A stretch of 64,000 bases of DNA from an uncultured Gemmatimonadaceae bacterium (GTDB lineage Bacteria; Gemmatimonadota; Gemmatimonadetes; Gemmatimonadales; Gemmatimonadaceae): NCBI GenBank assembly GCA_963829055.1, contig CAWHHI010000020.1, positions 768,001 to 832,000 of the forward strand. Reading direction: 5' to 3'. Shown here piece by piece: positions 59,658 through 64,000 of the stretch. The notes below the pieces were generated by a model. The model made no database searches, had not been told where the DNA came from, and saw only the letters and a list, made by a program, of their open reading frames with translations. Position 1 is the first letter of the stretch, and each line of letters opens with the position of its first letter. The translations under genes were made by a program, and so were the position numbers.

Positions 59658-60602
59658 TCAGCCACTGGTGGAGCGAAACTGTCGACACGTCGGCCGCCAC
59701 GACGGCGCGCCGCGCGTCGCCCAACAGCGGTAGGTCGTCGTGGTGGTCGGGTGCGTGACGTCGACCTGAATGAGAAGGACGTCCGTGCTCCAGGCCATCA
59801 CGCGCGGCACTTCCATGATATACGGGTCAATGTAGCCCGGCGGCCGGCGACGCGTGTCGTACATGAGCATCTCGTATGTCACCGGACAGTCGCGCGGGAT
59901 GACCATGTGGCGCCCCGGAATCTCGAGCGCGGCGAGCGTCGTCGAATCGGCGGCGAAGTCCTGTCCGCCGCGGTTGATCGTTAGGCACACCGTCACGCGA
60001 GGTCTGCCGAGCGAATCCTGGATGGGCGGTGGCACGAGTTGCGCCAGGATATTGCGCTGCGCGTCGAGCAGTTCGCCATTCGTGAACTGCACGATCGCGC
60101 TTGGTTCACGGTCACGGAGACCGACCACCAGGCGCGGCAGTCCGTCAGGCGACGTGTCTCGCGCAATCACCACCGGCTCGAACGGCGGCAGTTCCGAGTC
60201 GCGCGGTACCGAGAACGTGATGATCTGCTCCCAGCGGACTGGTACTGCGCGGCCTTCTCGCAGACCCGGCTCGAAGCTCCACGTCTCGAGCGCGGTCTTC
60301 GTCGCCGTGATGAACAACGCATGCGCCGAATCCATCACTGTAAACGATGTCGGGTCCACGCGACCGGACATGTTCACGACGAACGACACGCGAAGCGTGC
60401 CGCGGACCGCCGCCTGCAGCAGCGTTGCCGGATACGACGGCGCCACATTGATCGAGTCCGGCCGCGGCGGTCGATCCAGCTGGCACACGAGGTACGGCGC
60501 GCGCGTCGCCGGTGGTGGGCACGGTCGCGTCGGCTGTGCGGGCAGCGACGCGGCAGCCACCGGAGAGATCGCGACCATCAGTGCCGCGACGCACCACCTC
60601 AT
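59658..60602 (-). CDS. TonB C-terminal domain protein
   Basis: PSYP...GTLRVSFVVNMSGRVD...WSFEPG..GRAVPV. Confidence 0.7.
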   Translation of the reverse strand: MRWCVAALMVAISPVAAASLPAQPTRPCPPPATRAPYLVCQLDRPPRPDSINVAPSYPATLLQAAVRGTLRVSFVVNMSGRVDPTSFTVMDSAHALFITATKTALETWSFEPGLREGRAVPVRWEQIITFSVPRDSELPPFEPVVIARDTSPDGLPRLVVGLRDREPSAIVQFTNGELLDAQRNILAQLVPPPIQDSLGRPRVTVCLTINRGGQDFAADSTTLAALEIPGRHMVIPRDCPVTYEMLMYDTRRRPPGYIDPYIMEVPRVMAWSTDVLLIQVDVTHPTTTTTYRCWATRGAPSWRPTCRQFRSTSG

Positions 60603-60620
60603 TTCTCGCTCATCTCCGGC

Positions 60621-61913
60621 TCATTTCTGCTTGTACACGACGCCGCCCTTCATCACGAAGCTCACGCGCTCGAGCTCGTGAATGTCCGCGAGCGGATCGC
60701 CGCTCACCGCGACCAGGTCCGCGAACCGGCCCGGCTGCACCGACCCCACCTTGTCAGACCATCCGAGAAGATCCGCCGCGTTCACGGTCGCGGTCTGGAT
60801 CGCCTGCATCGGCGTTAGGCCAAACTCCACTTCCTTCGCGAACTGTTTGCCGTTCCAGCCATGCGGGTACACGCCGGCGTCGGTGCCGAATGCGAGCTTG
60901 ACGCCGGCCTGCACCGCGCGCCGGAAGCTCTCGCGTTGAAGTCGTCCGACGCGCGCCTCCTTGTCCAGAATCTTCTGCGGAAAGCCGAGTCGCTTGTATT
61001 CGGCCATGATGTAATCGTCGTTGTAGATGTCCATCACGAGATACGTGCCGCGCTCCTTCGCGAGGCGGATGCCCTCGTCGTCGATGAGGCTCGCGTGCTC
61101 CACCGACGCGACGCCCGCCTTGATCGCGCGCTTGATCGCCTCGGCGCCGTGCGCGTGCGCGGCGACCTTGCGTCCCCACATCGCCGCTTCCTCGACGACG
61201 GCGTTCATCTCTTCCTGCGAGTACTGCGGCGCACCGACGGATTCTTCCTCGGAGAGCACGCCGGCCGAGGCGATCATCTTGATGACGTCGGCGCCGTTCT
61301 TCACCTCGAAGCGCACGAGCTTGCGGATGTCGTCCACGCCGTCGGCGACGCCGGAGAACGTGCCGAACTTGAGGTAGGGCGAGAAGCCGCTCAGGTCGCC
61401 GTGTCCGCCAGTGGATCCGACGGTGAGCGTCGCCGCCTGGATGCGCGGACCGGGGATGTCGCCGCGGTTGATCGCGTTGCGGAGCGCGATGTCGATGAAC
61501 TCCGCTGAGCCGACGTCGCGAATCGTGGTGAAGCCCGCCTCGAGCGTCCGCTTCGCGTAGACGTGCGCGGTGATGGCGACGTCGATCGGACTCTTCCGGA
61601 AGATGTCCTCGTAGTAATCCCTCGGCTGCGAGGTCACGTGCGTGTGCGCGTCGATGAAGCCGGGGAGGACTGTGAAGCGGCTCAGGTCGATCACGCGCGC
61701 GTTCGCGGGAATGGCGAGTCCGGGGCCGACGGCGGTGATCTTGTCGCCATCGATGAGGATGACGGCGTTGGCGACGGGCGGGCCGCCACGCCCGTCGATC
61801 AGTCGGCCGGCGCGGATGGCGGTGCGAGTGGGTGTGCTGTCGGCTTGCTGAGCCGAGACGTGGTCCACGGCGATGACGAGTGCGAGTGCGGCGACTGCGA
61901 AGCGTGTTCGCAT
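60621..61913 (-). CDS. Secreted metal-dependent amidohydrolase (Xaa-Pro dipeptidase-like)
   Basis: LPGFIDAHTH, GFTTIRDVG, VAAHAHG, SVEH, FGTDAG. Confidence 0.92.
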   Translation of the reverse strand: MRTRFAVAALALVIAVDHVSAQQADSTPTRTAIRAGRLIDGRGGPPVANAVILIDGDKITAVGPGLAIPANARVIDLSRFTVLPGFIDAHTHVTSQPRDYYEDIFRKSPIDVAITAHVYAKRTLEAGFTTIRDVGSAEFIDIALRNAINRGDIPGPRIQAATLTVGSTGGHGDLSGFSPYLKFGTFSGVADGVDDIRKLVRFEVKNGADVIKMIASAGVLSEEESVGAPQYSQEEMNAVVEEAAMWGRKVAAHAHGAEAIKRAIKAGVASVEHASLIDDEGIRLAKERGTYLVMDIYNDDYIMAEYKRLGFPQKILDKEARVGRLQRESFRRAVQAGVKLAFGTDAGVYPHGWNGKQFAKEVEFGLTPMQAIQTATVNAADLLGWSDKVGSVQPGRFADLVAVSGDPLADIHELERVSFVMKGGVVYKQK

Positions 61914-62068
61914 GGTTGGTGCAATGTGAACGAGGGCGTGACGGCGAGGCGCGCCCGAAGGTGCGACAGGCCGGTCAGGTGTGCAACGATTCGGTGCCAA
62001 CGATCGGACGGATCCGGGCGATGTTCGCTCGTGATCGCTTGCCTCTGTTCTTCGCCGCCGAGCACATT

Positions 62069-62656
62069 ATGGCCATGCCTGCGCAACGAGCGCCGAACCG
62101 TCGGTGGACGGAAGAGGAGTTCTACGCCGCGCGAGACGCCGCGCCCTTTGGCGAGCGGTGGGAGCTGGTGGAGGGCGAGGTCCTCGTGACTCCGTCACCT
62201 CACTGGATGCATCAGCGCATCATCGGCCGACTGTTCGAGCTCGTTGCGCCGTATGTTCGCACGCATAGGCTTGGTGAAACGTTCCTGTCGCCACTCGACG
62301 TCAAGCTCGAGCCCGGGTTGGTGCTCCAGCCGGACTTGCTCGTCGTTCCGGCTGGAGAGCTTCGGCGGCGGTCGGATATCGTGGGTCGCTTGCTCCTCGC
62401 GCTCGAGATCATCTCGCCCAGCTCCGCCCGCCACGATCGCGTGACGAAGCGCCCTCGCTATCAGCGCAACCGCGTGCCCGAGTACTGGATCGTCGACGAC
62501 ATCTCGCAAACGATCGAGCGGTGGCGGCCCGATGACGAACGACCCGAGCTCATTTCTGAGCAACTCGTGTGGCACCCGGATGGTGCGGCCGAGCCGTTCG
62601 CACTCGACCTCGTTCGATTCTTCGCGGAGGTCGCGGTGGCGGACGGGTCTGTTTGA
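62069..62656 (+). CDS. Uma2-family endonuclease
   Basis: WELVEG..VTPSP..HQ, QPDLLV, EIISPSS..DRVTK..Y..VPEYWIVD. Confidence 0.9.
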   Translation: MAMPAQRAPNRRWTEEEFYAARDAAPFGERWELVEGEVLVTPSPHWMHQRIIGRLFELVAPYVRTHRLGETFLSPLDVKLEPGLVLQPDLLVVPAGELRRRSDIVGRLLLALEIISPSSARHDRVTKRPRYQRNRVPEYWIVDDISQTIERWRPDDERPELISEQLVWHPDGAAEPFALDLVRFFAEVAVADGSV

Positions 62657-62683
62657 CAGGCGCCGTCGGGAAGGCGCCTGTCA
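62654..62683. terminator. Hairpin between convergent genes
   Basis: TGACAGGCGCC...GGCGCCTGTCA 11-bp stem. Confidence 0.55.
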
Positions 62684-62708
62684 GGGGCCTTCCCGAGAGT
62701 CGGCTTCG

Positions 62709-63134
62709 TTAGGCGTTCAACGGCCGCCAGACGCCGAGTCGGTAACCGTCCGGATCGGCGACCCGCAGCATGCGGACGCCCCACGGCATGTCGGCCGGTT
62801 CCATCGCCAGCGGCGCTCCTTGCGCCTTGATGCGTGCCGCGATGGCGTCGACGTCCTGCGCGGTATCGAACGTGATGGAGAAACCCTCGCCCTTCACGCG
62901 ATCCCAACCGCGACCGCCGTCGTCCTGGTTGAGATGGATCGTCGAGCAGCCTGACCGGATCGCGGCGGAAGCCGGCTTCCCATCCTGGTCCCGTTGATAG
63001 TCCACGGTGAACCCGAGGACGTCGCGATACCACGCGATGCTCTTCGACAGATCCTTCGCGGTCAGCGACAACACGACAGCGCGTACAGTGAGCGCGTCCT
63101 GGGTAGCAACGGATTCGGCCGCTTCGGTAGACAT
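62709..63134 (-). CDS. VOC/glyoxalase-family protein
   Basis: DLSKSIAWYRDVLGF; MPWG..VADPDGY. Confidence 0.88.
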   Translation of the reverse strand: MSTEAAESVATQDALTVRAVVLSLTAKDLSKSIAWYRDVLGFTVDYQRDQDGKPASAAIRSGCSTIHLNQDDGGRGWDRVKGEGFSITFDTAQDVDAIAARIKAQGAPLAMEPADMPWGVRMLRVADPDGYRLGVWRPLNA

Positions 63135-63264
63135 CCTCGAAATGGGTGATCCCAAAGCTGGCTGATCACCAGTTCACCGCCGGAAGCCGAATCGGCGATG
63201 CGAGCGAATGGACACCGCGTTCCATCTCCCATACAATCACCCTTCGTCCTTTTCCGGAGCTCGT

Positions 63265-64000
63265 ATGCCCCGTCTCCGCCAGTCGGTTTGTGCGGCTGCC
63301 CTACTGTTCGCAGCGGTTGGCGCCACGCCGATCGCCGCCCAGGAGAAGCGCGCCGACAGTCTCCTCACCGTCGAGAAGTACCTCGACTTCGAGCAGGTCG
63401 GTGAGCCTCGGGTGTCGCCCGATGGCTCGCAGATCATCTACACGCGCCGGTGGGTGAACAAGCTCGAGGACAAGTTCGAGTCCGCGATGTGGATCATGAA
63501 CGTCGACGGCTCGAAGAATCGCTTGCTCGCGACCGGCGGCGGCGCGGTCTGGTCGCCCGACGGGACGCGCATCGCGTATCTCGCCGAGGGCAAGCCGTCG
63601 GGCACGCAGATCTTCGTGCGATACATGGACGCCGAGGGCGCGACGTCGCAGGTGACGACGCTGCCGGAGGCGCCGGCGGACGTTCGCTGGTCGCCCGATG
63701 GCAAATCGATCGGCTTCAGCGCCATCGTCCCGAAGTCGGTGAACTGGAAGATCGACATGCCGGAGGCGCCCAAAGGCGCGAAGTGGACGGGAACGCCGCG
63801 CATCGTCCAGTCGCTCCACTTCCGGCAGGATCGGCGCGGGTACACGGATCCCGGCTACCGTCATCTCTTCCTCGTCCCCGCCGACGGCGGCACGCCGCGC
63901 CAGGTCACGAAGGGCGAGTTCAACCTCGGCGCTCGATTCGACGGCCTCGACGGCGCGGTGGGCTGGGACTGGATGCCCGACGGCAAGACGATGATCGCCG
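63265..64000 (+). CDS. Secreted S9-family (prolyl oligopeptidase-like) peptidase, N-terminal part
   Basis: Signal peptide; LLTVEKYLDFEQVGEPRVSPDGSQIIYTRRWVNKLED; WSPDG repeats; catalytic domain lies outside the window. Confidence 0.75.
   Translation, partial: MPRLRQSVCAAALLFAAVGATPIAAQEKRADSLLTVEKYLDFEQVGEPRVSPDGSQIIYTRRWVNKLEDKFESAMWIMNVDGSKNRLLATGGGAVWSPDGTRIAYLAEGKPSGTQIFVRYMDAEGATSQVTTLPEAPADVRWSPDGKSIGFSAIVPKSVNWKIDMPEAPKGAKWTGTPRIVQSLHFRQDRRGYTDPGYRHLFLVPADGGTPRQVTKGEFNLGARFDGLDGAVGWDWMPDGKTMIA

Overview
GC-rich bacterial chromosome segment. Its gene content (orphan MacB/FtsX-duplicated 'ADOP' permeases, fused ccoNO, secreted peptidases, VPS10-like protein) suggests Gemmatimonadota or a similar soil lineage; this is an inference. 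Many conserved genes are split by single frameshifts, most likely long-read assembly errors. Main contents: (1) a class II lanthipeptide cluster at about 1.3-10.1 kb, with one LanM, two divergent 7-Cys precursors, LanT, a HlyD-like accessory, a Yip1 protein and a sensor-less sigma-54 activator; (2) brnTA with decayed remnants; (3) an HhH lipoprotein/beta-barrel module; (4) a complete cbb3 oxidase operon; (5) cyanophycinase with an internally deleted iadA; (6) three ADOP permeases; (7) ECF42 sigma with a DGPF protein; (8) the four-gene ligase-associated DNA damage response operon; (9) assorted housekeeping genes. Non-genic signals: a GTTAGG(C)/(G)CCTAAC motif about once per kb on both strands (about 68 copies by manual count), carried inside genes by rare codons; several families of palindromic intergenic repeats, one with nested inversions; a 3'-end duplication flanking the beta-barrel gene; and four genes whose middles are cleanly deleted. 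No rRNA, tRNA, CRISPR array, integrase or transposase was recognised. All family calls come from motif recognition by eye; no database searches were run.
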